A DNA stretch of 62,931 nucleotides from Candidatus Moanibacter sp. (GCA_965215885.1 CBDCEW010000012.1:1-62931), one strand, 5' to 3'; positions 20,075 to 30,677 are shown, counted from the stretch's first letter. The notes: generated by a model not told the origin, from the letters alone. Numbers and translations are program-made.

Positions 20075-21042
20075 CCGCAACAGTAAAGGCTTTTAGCGGG
20101 AATGCTTTCGGAGATAGTCTGGAAATTCTTTGAAATATCCGGACTATACAAACCCGCGTGCTCGAGGGCCTGCTGGATGGCGGTCTTTTGTGCTGCGTTC
20201 GATTCCTGCATGGGAGGTCTCGGTTTTCCGGCCGGGCGCCCCTGCAATTCCATCGCCGTCTTGACGTTGGCGGGAAGATTGGTGTCGTCGATTGCGTTCC
20301 AAAGGGGGAGAAGTTTTTCGTGTAGCGCCCGCCCGTTGGTGTGGTCGCCCTCTTGAACGGCGTTCCACAACTCTACATAGAGCGTGGGAGCGGCCGTAAG
20401 GCAGGCCGCGATCGATGCATCAGCCCCTAGGGAGAAGGCCGAGTAGAGGAGGGCGTCCGTGGCCGCCGCGACGATCCCTTTGCCCCGCAACATGAGGAAG
20501 AGGTCGGCCATCAGCTTGAGATCGCCGGCGCTTTGCTTGACCCCGATTACTCCGTCAACTTCGGTGATGATTTTGGTCAGTTGCGCGGGAGAGAGATAGG
20601 TCCATGGGACCACGTTGTAGATGATCACGGGAAGGCCTGTCTTGTCCGCAATTGTAGCAAAGTGGCGCTGCATGGCGGCATCATCGGGGCGAAACAGGTA
20701 GTGCACCGGAGTGACCTGGAGTGCCGCGACACCGAGATCGCGGACGGCTAAGCCGCGGTCCACAACGGCTTTTGTGCTGTTGGCAATAATTCCGGTGATC
20801 ACCGGCACGCGTCCTTTTGCTTCCTCCACCGCCCAAGCCGTTACGTTTCGAGTCTCTTCGGTACTCACCGAATGGCCTTCTCCCGTGCTGCCGGTGACGG
20901 CGAGACCATGGACGCCGGCATCGTCGATCAGGTAGCGGACATCAGCGCGAAATGCCTCCTCTATAATATTGTCCTCATCGTCAAAGGGCGTCGTCATGGG
21001 AGGGATGATCCCTCGGATCTGATTGGCGGTTTCTTCTTTCAT
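20071..21042 (-). CDS. Dihydrodipicolinate synthase (DapA)-family aldolase
   Basis: TPF, GSTGEG, IIYNV, IGVKQS. Confidence 0.9.
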   Translation of the reverse strand: MKEETANQIRGIIPPMTTPFDDEDNIIEEAFRADVRYLIDDAGVHGLAVTGSTGEGHSVSTEETRNVTAWAVEEAKGRVPVITGIIANSTKAVVDRGLAVRDLGVAALQVTPVHYLFRPDDAAMQRHFATIADKTGLPVIIYNVVPWTYLSPAQLTKIITEVDGVIGVKQSAGDLKLMADLFLMLRGKGIVAAATDALLYSAFSLGADASIAACLTAAPTLYVELWNAVQEGDHTNGRALHEKLLPLWNAIDDTNLPANVKTAMELQGRPAGKPRPPMQESNAAQKTAIQQALEHAGLYSPDISKNFQTISESIPAKSLYCCG

Positions 21043-21138
21043 GGAACTCAAATTTGATCCTGGACTTTTATCTTCGTTTACGGGGTTACAGTCAATTCGA
21101 TCCGTACTTCGATACAAACGAAATGTAATAGTTTAAGA

Positions 21139-21471
21139 TACTGCCCGCAGGCAGGTTTCGATGTCGCGCAGACTCTCCCGGTAGGTCAACTCGGCAAAAC
21201 CCATGCAGAGAAATTGTTCGAAGCAACTGAACTTTTGAACTTTGTAGTCGCCTCCGTAGCGTTGGACGCAACGATGGAACTGATGGCGCGGAAGATAATC
21301 TATGATTTGAGAAAAAACGAATCGACCTGTATACATGATTTGGACCCTCGAAATTTTTGAGAGTCCACAAGGCTTTTTGCAATTTGAGTCGAAAACAGCA
21401 GAAATCATATGTAAAATGTTGGTTATCAATCGATTAACCTGCGTTCCTAGAAAAACAACCGGACAGTAGTG
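21139..21471 (-). mobile_element. IS4 left-end fragment (333 bp)
   Basis: Near-identical to 51079-51412, including the TIR aaccggacagtagtg. Confidence 0.92.
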
Positions 21472-22528
21472 ATATCCGGACTATATCAAACCCGCGTGCT
21501 CGAGGGCCTGCTGGATGGCGGTCTTTTGTGCTGCGTTCGATTCCTGCATGGGAGGTCTCGGTTTTCCGGCCGGGCGCCCCTGCAATTCCATCGCCGTCTT
21601 GACGTTGGCGGGAAGATTGGTGTCGTCGATTGCGTTCCAAAGGGGGAGAAGTTTTTCGTGTAGCGCCCGCCCGTTGGTGTGGTCGCCCTCTTGAACGGCG
21701 TTCCACAACTCTACATAGAGCGTGGGAGCGGCCGTAAGGCAGGCCGCGATCGATGCATCAGCCCCTAGGGAGAAGGCCGAGTAGAGGAGGGCGTCCGTGG
21801 CCGCCGCGACGATCCCTTTGCCCCGCAGACATGAGGAAGAGGTGGCCATCGCTTGAGATCGCCGGCGCTTTGCATTGACCCCGATTACTCCGTCAACTTC
21901 GGTGATGATTTTGGTCAGTTTGCGCGGGAGAGAGATAGGTCCATGGGACCACGTTGTAGATGATCACGGGAAGGCCTGTCTTGTCCGCAATTCCCAGCTC
22001 AAGTGGCGCTCGCATGGCGGCATCATCGGGGCGAAACAGGTAGTGCACCGGAGTGCACCTGGAGTGCCGCGACACCGAGATCGCGGACGGCTAAGCCGCG
22101 GTCCACAACGGCACTTTTGTGCTGTTCGCAATAATTCCGGTGATACCGGCACGCGTCCTTTTGCTTCCTCCACAGCCCAAGCCGTTACGTTTCGAGTCTC
22201 TTCGGTACTCACCGAATGGCCTTCTCCCGTGCATTGACGCCTTTGCGTAGACCATGGAAGCCGGCCAATAGCGTCGATCAGGTAGCGGAAGCGCTGAAAT
22301 GCCTCCGTGATGTATTTTCGGTACTACTTTCATCCTCGGAAAGGCCCGGTGCGTCATGGGAGGGATCAATCCCATATGCAAAGAAAATCCGATTGGCGGT
22401 TTCTTCTTTCATGGAACTCAAATTTGAGGGCAGGCCCTGACTTCTCCTTGTGCTCACGGGGTTACAGTCTAATTCGATCTTGTAAGCTTCGATACCCACC
22501 CACGAATCTAATGAAGATCCTTAAGATA
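21472..22528 (-). pseudogene. Garbled second copy of the dapA-like gene interleaved with ISL3-end sequence (probable consensus artefact)
   Basis: Copy of 20135-21140 with increasing indels; 22230-22520 contains blocks of 12480-12764. Confidence 0.8.
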
Positions 22529-22787
22529 AATACGTTGGAGAAGAAATTGGAAGAGGAAGACCAGAGAAATTTCCATCGTTTGGAGGCGGCGGGCGTTCCC
22601 CGCAACCCGAAATTCAAGGAGGTGCGCTACCCGACGAAGGAGAGCGTGACCGAAGGCCTCCGGCGACGCCACGAGGACGGCCTTGGCATCCTCTTGGCGG
22701 ACATCAACACCACCCGCGCGAAGCTCCGCACCTGAGCGCCGTAACCCCACCTCGTGGGGTGACCTCTGGTGGGCACGCGAAACGAGA

Positions 22788-23573
22788 TCACACAGTCGCG
22801 CTACTTCCTCCATCAATATTGATCGATGCCCCGGTAATAAACGAAGCTCGTTCCGACACCAGAAACGCCACCAGGTCGGCCACCTCGCTCGCCTCTCCCA
22901 TCCGGCCCAAGGGGACGCCTTTTCCCTGCTCGACACACCAGTCCTCGTAGCTCAGCGAACTGCCGGAGCCCTCCCAGGCGCGAACCCCTTGGGCGGACTT
23001 GATATTGGTCAGGCACACAGTATTCACGCGAATGGAATGCTGGGCCATATCCTTCGACAGTGTCTTGGTAAACGCAATCCCGGCCGCTCGGCTCACCGAA
23101 GTTGGCATCGAACCCGCCCCCGGCGCTTTGCCCCCCGGATGCGTGATATTCACAATCGCTCCCTGTCCCTTTTCCCTCATGTGTGGAACCACCAGCCGCG
23201 AACATCTGACCGCCGCCCAGAACTTGAGGGCAAAATCCCCCTGCCAGATCTCCTCCGTCGCTTCCTCAAAAGGGTGTCCTTCTGATTTCCCGGCATTGTT
23301 CACCAGAATATCCCCGTTGCCAAAAGTCCCGTCCACAGCCTCCACAAACCGTTCCATATCTCCCGGCTCCGTCACATCGGCCCTTACCGCCAGAATCTCC
23401 CCTCCAGTCGCCTCCCGGATCTCTCCGGCTGCTGCCTCCAGCACATCTTCCCGGCGTGCACAAATCCCCACCATGCACCCTTCCGCGGCCAGCTTATGCG
23501 CAATCGCCTTCCCGATCCCCTCGCTCCCCCCCGTCACAACCGCAATTCGCCCCGTAAGATTTAACTCCAACAT
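22788..23573 (-). CDS. SDR family oxidoreductase
   Basis: TGGSEGIG, DILVNNAG, ITGASINIDGG; catalytic YxxxK replaced by TSVSR. Confidence 0.9.
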   Translation of the reverse strand: MLELNLTGRIAVVTGGSEGIGKAIAHKLAAEGCMVGICARREDVLEAAAGEIREATGGEILAVRADVTEPGDMERFVEAVDGTFGNGDILVNNAGKSEGHPFEEATEEIWQGDFALKFWAAVRCSRLVVPHMREKGQGAIVNITHPGGKAPGAGSMPTSVSRAAGIAFTKTLSKDMAQHSIRVNTVCLTNIKSAQGVRAWEGSGSSLSYEDWCVEQGKGVPLGRMGEASEVADLVAFLVSERASFITGASINIDGGSSATV

Positions 23574-23768
23574 CGTTCCCTGCCTTTTCGAAGATTCTAT
23601 CTCATCCCATCTGCATTCGTCAATCTTGCTCCACCGATATTGCCAGATTTGTCAGCTTCCCTCATTGAAACGCACCAATTCCAAAGTGTTCCGCGAGGGA
23701 GCGGATTTCGGTGTCGGTGTCCCAGAGTTTGAGCGTATTGTCTCCACTCGCCGACGCCCGGGTATGAA

Positions 23769-23786
23769 CCGGACACATAGGTAACA
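23769..23786. mobile_element. Possible isolated IS481-like terminus
   Basis: ccggacacataggtaaca (reverse complement TGTTACCTATGTGTCCGG); no transposase nearby. Confidence 0.3.
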
Positions 23787-23875
23787 AAAGTTCCGTAAGT
23801 CGTTGATATTTGTAGCCGCCGTGTTCGGCGTCATTCCACAGGGCGAAACGACGCGGGCGGACTGCGTTCGGCGTT

Positions 23876-23954
23876 AAAACAAAGTTATTTGTCGCATCAA
23901 AACATAGTTGATATTTTCAAGAAAACATAGTTATTTAGGTCCACAAAACAAGTT
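23876..23954 (+). promoter_or_regulatory. Four direct repeats AAAACA(T/A)AGTT at exact 23-bp spacing upstream of fic
   Basis: Units start at 23876, 23899, 23922 and 23945; ATG at 23957. Confidence 0.75.
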
Positions 23955-23956
23955 CG

Positions 23957-25486
23957 ATGCCAACGCCACAACAAGCTCTAGCCTCTGCTCTGCACCGGGT
24001 TCACAACCAGGCGAACGGAGAAATCGTCCGCGGCCCGGACATATCGCGGCGGGATCGCCAAGTTCTGACAAAGCGGGGCTTTCTCGTCGAGATTATCAAG
24101 GGCTGGTACGCGCTGACTACCCCTGAAACCGAGACTGGCGACTCTACATTCTGGCACACTCATTTCTGGGAGTTCGCCAGCGCCTACCTCCGTCACCGCT
24201 TCGGTGCCGATTACAGTCTGTCGGCCGAGCACTCGTTAGATCTTTGGACAGGGAATTCCCAGACCCCTTCCCAGCTGATCGTGATTGCTGGACAAGGTGG
24301 CACGTCGACCTTGCAACTCCCCAATGGCGCCTCGTTTCTGGTCTATGCCGATCCTAAAAACCTGCCTGACTCCACAGAGGCTTTACAGGGCGTGCAGGTT
24401 ATGCCCCTGGCAGTTGCCTTGGCGCGTACGAGTCCGTCATTCTTCCGACATTCCGCCACCAACGCCGAGATAGCAGTCCGCCTCGTCCGCCCGGATGAAC
24501 TCCTCCGCGCTCTCCTGAGCGAAGCGAGCTCCCTTGCGGTGACCGGTCGGCTAGTCGGAGCCTTCCGACGGTGTGGACTGAAAGGACAGGCCGACCGTCT
24601 CACAGCAGACCTGACCGCAGCCGGTCTCTATTTCGAAGAAACCGATCCGTTCGCTGTTCCGCCACAACTACCCCCCGGAACGCTCTTCACCACCCCTCAT
24701 GTGGGACGCCTGAAAGCCCTCTGGCTACGCATGTGCCCGGTAGCTCGTAAACTCTTTCCAGTCGCCCCTGGAGCCCCTCGAATTGAGGCCTACCTTAGAA
24801 ACGCGCAGCAAATTCACCAGCGAGACGCCTATCACTCGCTGTCAATAGAAGGCTATCAAGTGACCCCTGAACTGATCGCCCGAATCGAAGCCGGTGAATG
24901 GAACCCCGGGATAGATGATTCCGACCAATCGCAAGCGAATGCTATGGCGGCAAAAGGCTACCATGAGGCTTTCAAGGCTGTCCTGGCGAGCGAGCGGGAA
25001 ATCCTTGGGGGCCATTCCGTATCTTCAATCATCCGTCGAGACCTCCCCACTTGGTACCGAGAGCTTTTCAGCCCGTCGGTGAAGTCTGGCTTGCTTCCGC
25101 CTCATTCCCTTGCCGGCTATCGCAACAGGCCGGTCTTTATACGTGGGTCTCAATATGTGCCTCCTCCCCATGAAACCGTGCCGGAATTGATTGACACCCT
25201 CTTCGAGCTCTTGACAGCCGAACCATCTCCCGGCGCCCAGGCCGTTCTGGGGCACTTCTTCTTCGTCTATATTCATCCGTACTCGGACGGCAATGGCCGC
25301 ATTGGCCGATTCCTCCTCAACGCCCTGTTGGCTGCCGGTGGCTATCCTTGGACCATCATCCGCGTGGAGCGCCGAGATGGCTACATGACCGCGTTGGAGA
25401 CCGCATCGGTGAAACACGACATCGGCGACTTCACCCGTTTCATCGCTACTGAAATGGTGGCTTCGGTCGAGTTCAAAGGCTCGTAG
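23957..25486 (+). CDS. Large Fic-domain protein
   Basis: HPYSDGNGRIGR signature, SLSIEG motif, long N-terminal extension. Confidence 0.92.
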   Translation: MPTPQQALASALHRVHNQANGEIVRGPDISRRDRQVLTKRGFLVEIIKGWYALTTPETETGDSTFWHTHFWEFASAYLRHRFGADYSLSAEHSLDLWTGNSQTPSQLIVIAGQGGTSTLQLPNGASFLVYADPKNLPDSTEALQGVQVMPLAVALARTSPSFFRHSATNAEIAVRLVRPDELLRALLSEASSLAVTGRLVGAFRRCGLKGQADRLTADLTAAGLYFEETDPFAVPPQLPPGTLFTTPHVGRLKALWLRMCPVARKLFPVAPGAPRIEAYLRNAQQIHQRDAYHSLSIEGYQVTPELIARIEAGEWNPGIDDSDQSQANAMAAKGYHEAFKAVLASEREILGGHSVSSIIRRDLPTWYRELFSPSVKSGLLPPHSLAGYRNRPVFIRGSQYVPPPHETVPELIDTLFELLTAEPSPGAQAVLGHFFFVYIHPYSDGNGRIGRFLLNALLAAGGYPWTIIRVERRDGYMTALETASVKHDIGDFTRFIATEMVASVEFKGS

Positions 25487-25897
25487 ACGAGTGCTTCGCC
25501 ATTGAGGACTATAAGGAGGGGCGGAAGGGCACTGATCACTTTTGTTCAAACCTTGCGTGCCTCGGCAAATCCCGCTGAGCGGGAGACGACGGGTCGTATT
25601 GCGCCGCCAATTCGTAGAAACGCTCCTGCGTTCCTCTACAGAGGGTACGCTCATCTTAGCCCGTTTCGCCAGGAATTGGACTATGTAGCCGGCTTCGCAA
25701 GAAGGCGGGGACGAGCCTCGAAACGCCTAACCTGGTAATTGCTGCTGATTTAGGGGTCGACGGCAAGACCGAACGCTTGTGTTCTCAGGCCCGTTCTGGC
25801 ACCTTCTATACCGTGAAGGCGCTCTTTCAGGACGGTCTTGCCGGGCGTGTGCCCGTAGCGCCCGAAAAGCGATTTCTTATCAGTGGAGTAGAAAGTC

Positions 25898-26710
25898 ATG
25901 AAATACCGTTTTGCCGAGATGATATGGTACGAGATCAAAGAGGCCGCCGAGCAGGAGCGCGTGGCCGTGCTGCCCGTGGCTACCTACGAAGACCACGGAC
26001 CGCATCTACCGGTCGATGTGGATGTCGTGCTGTGCACCGGGATCTGTGAGAGGGCCGTGGCGAAGATCCCGTCGGAGGCCGTGCTGGCGCCCGCGGTACC
26101 CCATGGGTACAGCCCGCACCACATGGATTTTCACGGAACGCTGACGATTACGTGGGACGTATTCATCAAATACGTGAGGGACGTCTGCTGCTCGTTGGCC
26201 CACCACGGCTTCAAGCGCATTCTCGTCGTCAACGGCCACGGCAGCAACACGTCACCGTTAGACATGGCGACGCGGTTGTCGAACATCGAATACGAAGGCA
26301 GGATCCTATGTGCCACCGTGAACCACTGGGACGTGCACAAGATTAAAGTCGAGGGCGCCAGGATCAGAGACTCTGACCACGGAGGCGCTGTCCATGCCGG
26401 CGAGTACGAAACGTCGCTCTACCTGGCCATGAAGCCCGACCTGGTCGAGATGGACAAGGCAGTCGACGAGCGCTCGGCGCTGTCGAAGAGCTTCCGGTCC
26501 GATCTGATTCTCGGAAGTCATCCGGAGGGATCGAATGCCAAGCTGATTCCCTACTGGAGCTCGCACACCGCCAGTGGGGTGGTGGGTGACGCGAAGAAAG
26601 CGACGGTGGAGAAGGGGGAGAAGTTTCTCGAGGCTGCCGTCGACGGCGTCGTCGAGCTGATTCGCGAACTCAAACAACAGGAGATCCTGCCGCGGCGGGA
26701 TCGGCATTGA
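25898..26710 (+). CDS. Creatininase-family amidohydrolase
   Basis: EDHGPHLPVDVD, NGHGSN, HAGEYETS. Confidence 0.92.
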   Translation: MKYRFAEMIWYEIKEAAEQERVAVLPVATYEDHGPHLPVDVDVVLCTGICERAVAKIPSEAVLAPAVPHGYSPHHMDFHGTLTITWDVFIKYVRDVCCSLAHHGFKRILVVNGHGSNTSPLDMATRLSNIEYEGRILCATVNHWDVHKIKVEGARIRDSDHGGAVHAGEYETSLYLAMKPDLVEMDKAVDERSALSKSFRSDLILGSHPEGSNAKLIPYWSSHTASGVVGDAKKATVEKGEKFLEAAVDGVVELIRELKQQEILPRRDRH

Positions 26711-26737
26711 GCTGCTCGATGCACCAGGCGTTGTCGG
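26702..26737. repeat. 36-bp copy of an internal segment of abiEii (35962-35997)
   Basis: cggc(a/g)ttgagctgctcgatgcaccaggcgttgtcgg, one mismatch. Confidence 0.85.
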
Positions 26738-26814
26738 CTTCTCTTTTCTGCTACTTGCTTTTCAGGCTGCTGAGGAGAGCCGCGGAGAATTCGACAAAGT
26801 TAAGGACAAAGCTT

Positions 26815-26937
26815 ACGACGAAGTTTTGGAAGGCGACCGCCCGTCTTATACCGTCCAGTCAAAAACAGCGCCCAGGGTTTCATCCATGTTCTCGATCCGG
26901 TCTTTATAGGCCTGGGCCGCCTCTTCCGGCCTGTAAA
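26815..26937 (-). repeat. Diverged duplicate of the alcohol dehydrogenase 3' end and downstream DNA (37598-37720)
   Basis: Encodes PEEAAQAYKDRIENMDETLGAVFDWTV-stop, matching the intact gene. Confidence 0.92.
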
Positions 26938-27188
26938 GGGGCTGACGACGAAGGTTGGGAAGCAGTTTCGCAATGTGTTCAATCGGCTCGGCTTTGACGG
27001 CGAAAACAGAATGGGGATGGCCGAGGAGCTGGCGAAAAATGTCCCGCAGCATCTACTGGATTTTCAGTCAATGCATGTCCGTAACTCTGTAATAGGCAAT
27101 TGTCGTTCACGCGGTCCCGGACGGCGCGGACGGAATGCCACGGGGAGGCGTGCTTGACGGCGCCGGCATTTCCACCTAGCGTTGTACC

Positions 27189-28319
27189 ATGGCAGATTCT
27201 CAAGAGGCGCTTGGTCGGGCTGAAACCGCGGTTGTCGACGACGGAACGGAGACCCGCGACGCGCAGGGGCAGTGGACGCTGCGCGTCCTGCAGAAGGGCC
27301 AGCCCTTTGTCTGGCCGATGCAACCGAAGAAACTGCTCCGGTTTCTCCTCGGCTTTCCTGGATTTTTGTGGCCTTTCGGGCTTGTCGCTTATTTCGGGCT
27401 TGGCGCATTGACGTGGTACTTTCTCCAGCCCGGGTCGGACAATCTGAGCAATTTCAGCACCCTTCACGTTTCCTGGATCCTGCCCATGTACGTGCGCAAT
27501 CTGGCGCTGCTTATGCTCGTTGCCGGGTCTCTCCACTTTATCTTTTACTGGCGGCGCGCGCAGGGCACACGCTTCAAGTATAGTTCGCAGTGGCCGGGCA
27601 GCAACAGCAAGGCGTTTCTCTTCAACAACCAGGTCAAGGACAACATTTTCTGGAGTCTCGCCAGCGGCGTTACGATATGGACGCTCTACGAAGTAATCAT
27701 GTTGTGGGCCTATGGCAATAATCTGTTACCTTTTGCGCACCTGCGAAACAATCCGTTCTGGTTTGTGGGTCTGGCGGTGGTTCTACCTTTCTGGCAGGAC
27801 TTGCATTTCTACATTACGCACCGAATCTCGCACTGGAAACCGTACTACAGGGCCGCGCACCATGTGCACCACCGCAACACCAACGTGGGGCCGCGGTCAG
27901 GCCTTTCCATGCACCCGCTCGAGCACATCCTTTACTTCACCCGGTGGATCATCCTTTTTTTCGTACCTTCGCACCCCATCCATATGTTCTTCCTGATGCA
28001 GCGCCCGGCACTCAATCCGGCGTTGGCCCTTTTTTTCGTACCTTCGCACCCCATCCATATGTTCTTCCTGATGCAGCGCCCGGCACTCAATCCGGCGTTG
28101 GGGCATTCCGGGTTCGATCAGATCGTCCTGGATAAGGACACCGATCGCACGATGTCAATCGACACCTACTTCCACTATCTGCACCACCGCTACTTTGAGT
28201 GCAATTACGGCACCGCGACGATACCGCTGGACCGCTGGTTCGGAACTTTTAATGACGGCACGCCGGAGGCTTTTGAGAGGATGCGCCGAAATCGGCGATT
28301 GCCGCCGGAGGCGGCGTAG
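27189..28319 (+). CDS. Sterol desaturase/fatty acid hydroxylase family protein with an in-frame 75-bp duplication
   Basis: His boxes HFYITHRISH, HHVHH, HYLHH; several TM segments. Confidence 0.88.
   Translation: MADSQEALGRAETAVVDDGTETRDAQGQWTLRVLQKGQPFVWPMQPKKLLRFLLGFPGFLWPFGLVAYFGLGALTWYFLQPGSDNLSNFSTLHVSWILPMYVRNLALLMLVAGSLHFIFYWRRAQGTRFKYSSQWPGSNSKAFLFNNQVKDNIFWSLASGVTIWTLYEVIMLWAYGNNLLPFAHLRNNPFWFVGLAVVLPFWQDLHFYITHRISHWKPYYRAAHHVHHRNTNVGPRSGLSMHPLEHILYFTRWIILFFVPSHPIHMFFLMQRPALNPALALFFVPSHPIHMFFLMQRPALNPALGHSGFDQIVLDKDTDRTMSIDTYFHYLHHRYFECNYGTATIPLDRWFGTFNDGTPEAFERMRRNRRLPPEAA
27953..28101 (+). repeat. 75-bp-period tandem duplication inside the desaturase
   Basis: LFFVPSHPIHMFFLMQRPALNPAL occurs twice, identical at DNA level. 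Confidence 0.95.
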
Positions 28320-28440
28320 GTAGCGAATGGACTGACGGCCGGCGAATTCCTGCCTTAATCTGCGATGCAAAGGGGGTAATTGCGTGGCAGGCGTCGCGGC
28401 TGGTGTGGTGTCCCCAAGATTGAGGCTGTTCCAAAAGGCT

Positions 28441-28755
28441 CTAACGGGTGGCGCGAAGCGGGGTTCGTGCCGGGCGTGCGTCTATCGCGAAGGGGAAAGT
28501 GCCCGCGTAACCTCTCTCCAGCACGGGCCGGATGCTCTCGTGGCCGACGAGAGGGCCGAAGATCTCAGGCTCTCGATCCAGCAGCGTGTCGAACCACATG
28601 TTGCCGACTGCGTTAAGACCCTCTTCCCATCCCTTCTCACGCGCCTGATTGATATGGACGCGGACTTCCTCTACATCACCGGCGCCAAGCGCGCCGGGGA
28701 TTATTACAAATCCTTCTTTTTCGTGTTCGTCGAGTATTGCTTCAATATTGTCCAT
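28441..28755 (-). pseudogene. PhyH dioxygenase N-terminal fragment
   Basis: HEKEGFVIIPGAL...LVGHESIRPVLE; HxD core missing. Confidence 0.6.
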
Positions 28756-28917
28756 ACCACTGTTTCAGAGGGAGCATGGCAGAATTCTCAAGAACCGGCA
28801 AGGCTTCCTTTACGGCATTAGCGTTTTCTTGTAATTTCATCGCAAGCTTCTTCGACGGACATTTCAGGAGAGCATTCTTCATCAGAAATTCGGCACGGAA
28901 TTAGTCAGTAGAATAAA

Positions 28918-30185
28918 ATGAGCGAACGAAACTGGTCCTGGCATCACACCTTCAACACGACGCGCGTGCATTACCCCGAGACCGTCGGGCAACTCCAGGA
29001 GGTGGTTCGCCAGAGCAAAAACGTAAAGGCGCTCGGTTCGCGCCACTCATTCAATCACATCGCGGACGCGAGTGAGGATCTGATTTCTCTCGAGAAGCTC
29101 GATCAGACGGTAACGGTCGACCGGGAGAAACAGACGGCGATAGTCCCCGCGGGCATCACCTATGGTGAACTTGGCCGGCAACTGCACGGAGCGGGGTTTG
29201 GGATACGCAACATGGCATCCCTGCCGCAGATCACCGTGGCCGGTGCGTGCGCCACTGGGACCCACGGTTCGGGCGATGAAAACGGCTGCCTCGCTACCCA
29301 GGTTGCGGCAGTGGAACTGGTCAGGGCCGACGGCAGTATCGCCAGTCTGTCCCGCGATGAGCATGGAGAACTCTTTTCCGGCTGCATGGTTGCGTTGGGC
29401 GGACTCGGAGTTGTAACGAAATTCACACTCGAACTCGTTCCCACCTTTAACCTCTGCCAGTTCGCCTACGAGAATTTGCCCGTGGAGCAAATCTACGAAC
29501 ACTTCGATGAGATCACATCAGGCGCGTATAGTATCAGTTTTTTCACCCTCTGGCAGAATGAGCGCGTCGACCAGGTCTGGTTGAAGATTCCGGCCGCAGA
29601 CAGTACAACGGCCGCACCCCAACCGACGTTCTTTGAAGGAAAACCTGCTTCCAGTCACCTGCATCCCATCGCCGGCCTTCCGGCGGAAGGCTGCACACCC
29701 CGCAAATGGGCATACCCGGACCCTGGCATGAGCGGTTACCGCACTTCAGGGAAGACCACATTCAGAATGAGGGGCAAGAGTTGCAGTCAGAATACTTCGT
29801 GCCGCGAGAGCACGCTGTCGGCGCCCTGCGTGCGATGGCTCAAATACAAGCACACCTCGCTGCGATCCTTGTGGTTTCGGAGGTGCGCACTGTCGCGCCG
29901 GACGAACTCTGGATGAGTCCCTTCTTCGGGGGGCCGAGGGTCGCCATCCATTTCACCTGGAAGCACGACTGGCCGTCCGTTCGCGGTGCACTGGCGATTA
30001 TCGAGGAAGCGTTGGCGCCGTTTCATGCGCGCCCACACTGGGGTAAGCTCTTCACTATTCCTGCCCCTCAGCTGCAATCCCTCTACGAGAATCTACCGGA
30101 GTTTCGGGAACTGCTGCGGACCTACGATCCGAACGGCAAATTTCGGAACGAGTTTCTGAACACCTACGTTTTTGGAGGAATCTGA
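28918..30185 (+). pseudogene. FAD-linked alditol/xylitol oxidase, single frameshift near 29700
   Basis: GSRHSFN, NMASLP, ATGTHGSG in ORF1; GPWHERLPHF, ELQSEYFV, ARPHWGK in ORF2. Extra C in acaccccgcaa may be a sequencing error. Confidence 0.85.
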
Positions 30186-30268
30186 ACGGGAAGAATCGAG
30201 GCTGGGCATTCGAAGCATACCTGCATGGTCAGCCATTCCGTCGTTTGGGAAAATCCTGGTATAATACG
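30183..30268 (+). repeat. Diverged copy of the 3' end of the AAA-DUF4143 gene (54005-54090)
   Basis: tgaacgggaagaatcgagg...gtataatacg; a further snippet at 30354-30374 matches 55321-55341. Confidence 0.9.
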
Positions 30269-30431
30269 CTGAAAGTCATTGCGGTTGCTCCCCTTTTGAT
30301 AATCCATGAAGCTGGCTACGAAGTTTAGGAAGGAGTTTCGTAGTGTCGACGGATTGCCGAAATAGATCGATGGTTGACAACAGCAAGTAAGTAGTTAATC
30401 TTAAGTTAAACTTACCTTAAGGATTCTAAAA

Positions 30432-30677
30432 ATGGCAGAAACGATCAGCGCCAAGGAATTGCGGGCACAGCTCCGCACGGTGGTTGAAAAGGCGCGTCGT
30501 GGGGCGCGGTTCACGGTCTTGTATCGGAGCAAACCGGCTTTTGATATCGTACCGGTCGGCAATCCTGACTGCACTTCCGTGCCGCTGGATTCAGATTCTC
30601 TCTTCGAAGCGCCACCGGTGGGTGCTTCAGGGGCCGGTGACGCAGCTCGTACTCACGATGACACGCTTTACGGATGA
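30432..30677 (+). CDS. Phd/YefM antitoxin
   Basis: ISAKELRAQL..FTVLYRSKP; TTGACA at 30374 upstream. Confidence 0.85.
   Translation: MAETISAKELRAQLRTVVEKARRGARFTVLYRSKPAFDIVPVGNPDCTSVPLDSDSLFEAPPVGASGAGDAARTHDDTLYG

Noticed and set aside
22999..23784. Long antisense ORFs opposite SDRs, the sulfatase and others
   Set aside because: Typical GC-rich antisense shadows of well-supported genes
25898..26710. Mycofactocin (mftE) cluster
   Set aside because: No precursor peptide, radical SAM or other mft genes nearby
29690..29710. Programmed frameshift in the alditol oxidase
   Set aside because: A single extra C in a short run is more simply a mutation or sequencing error; no recoding precedent known to me
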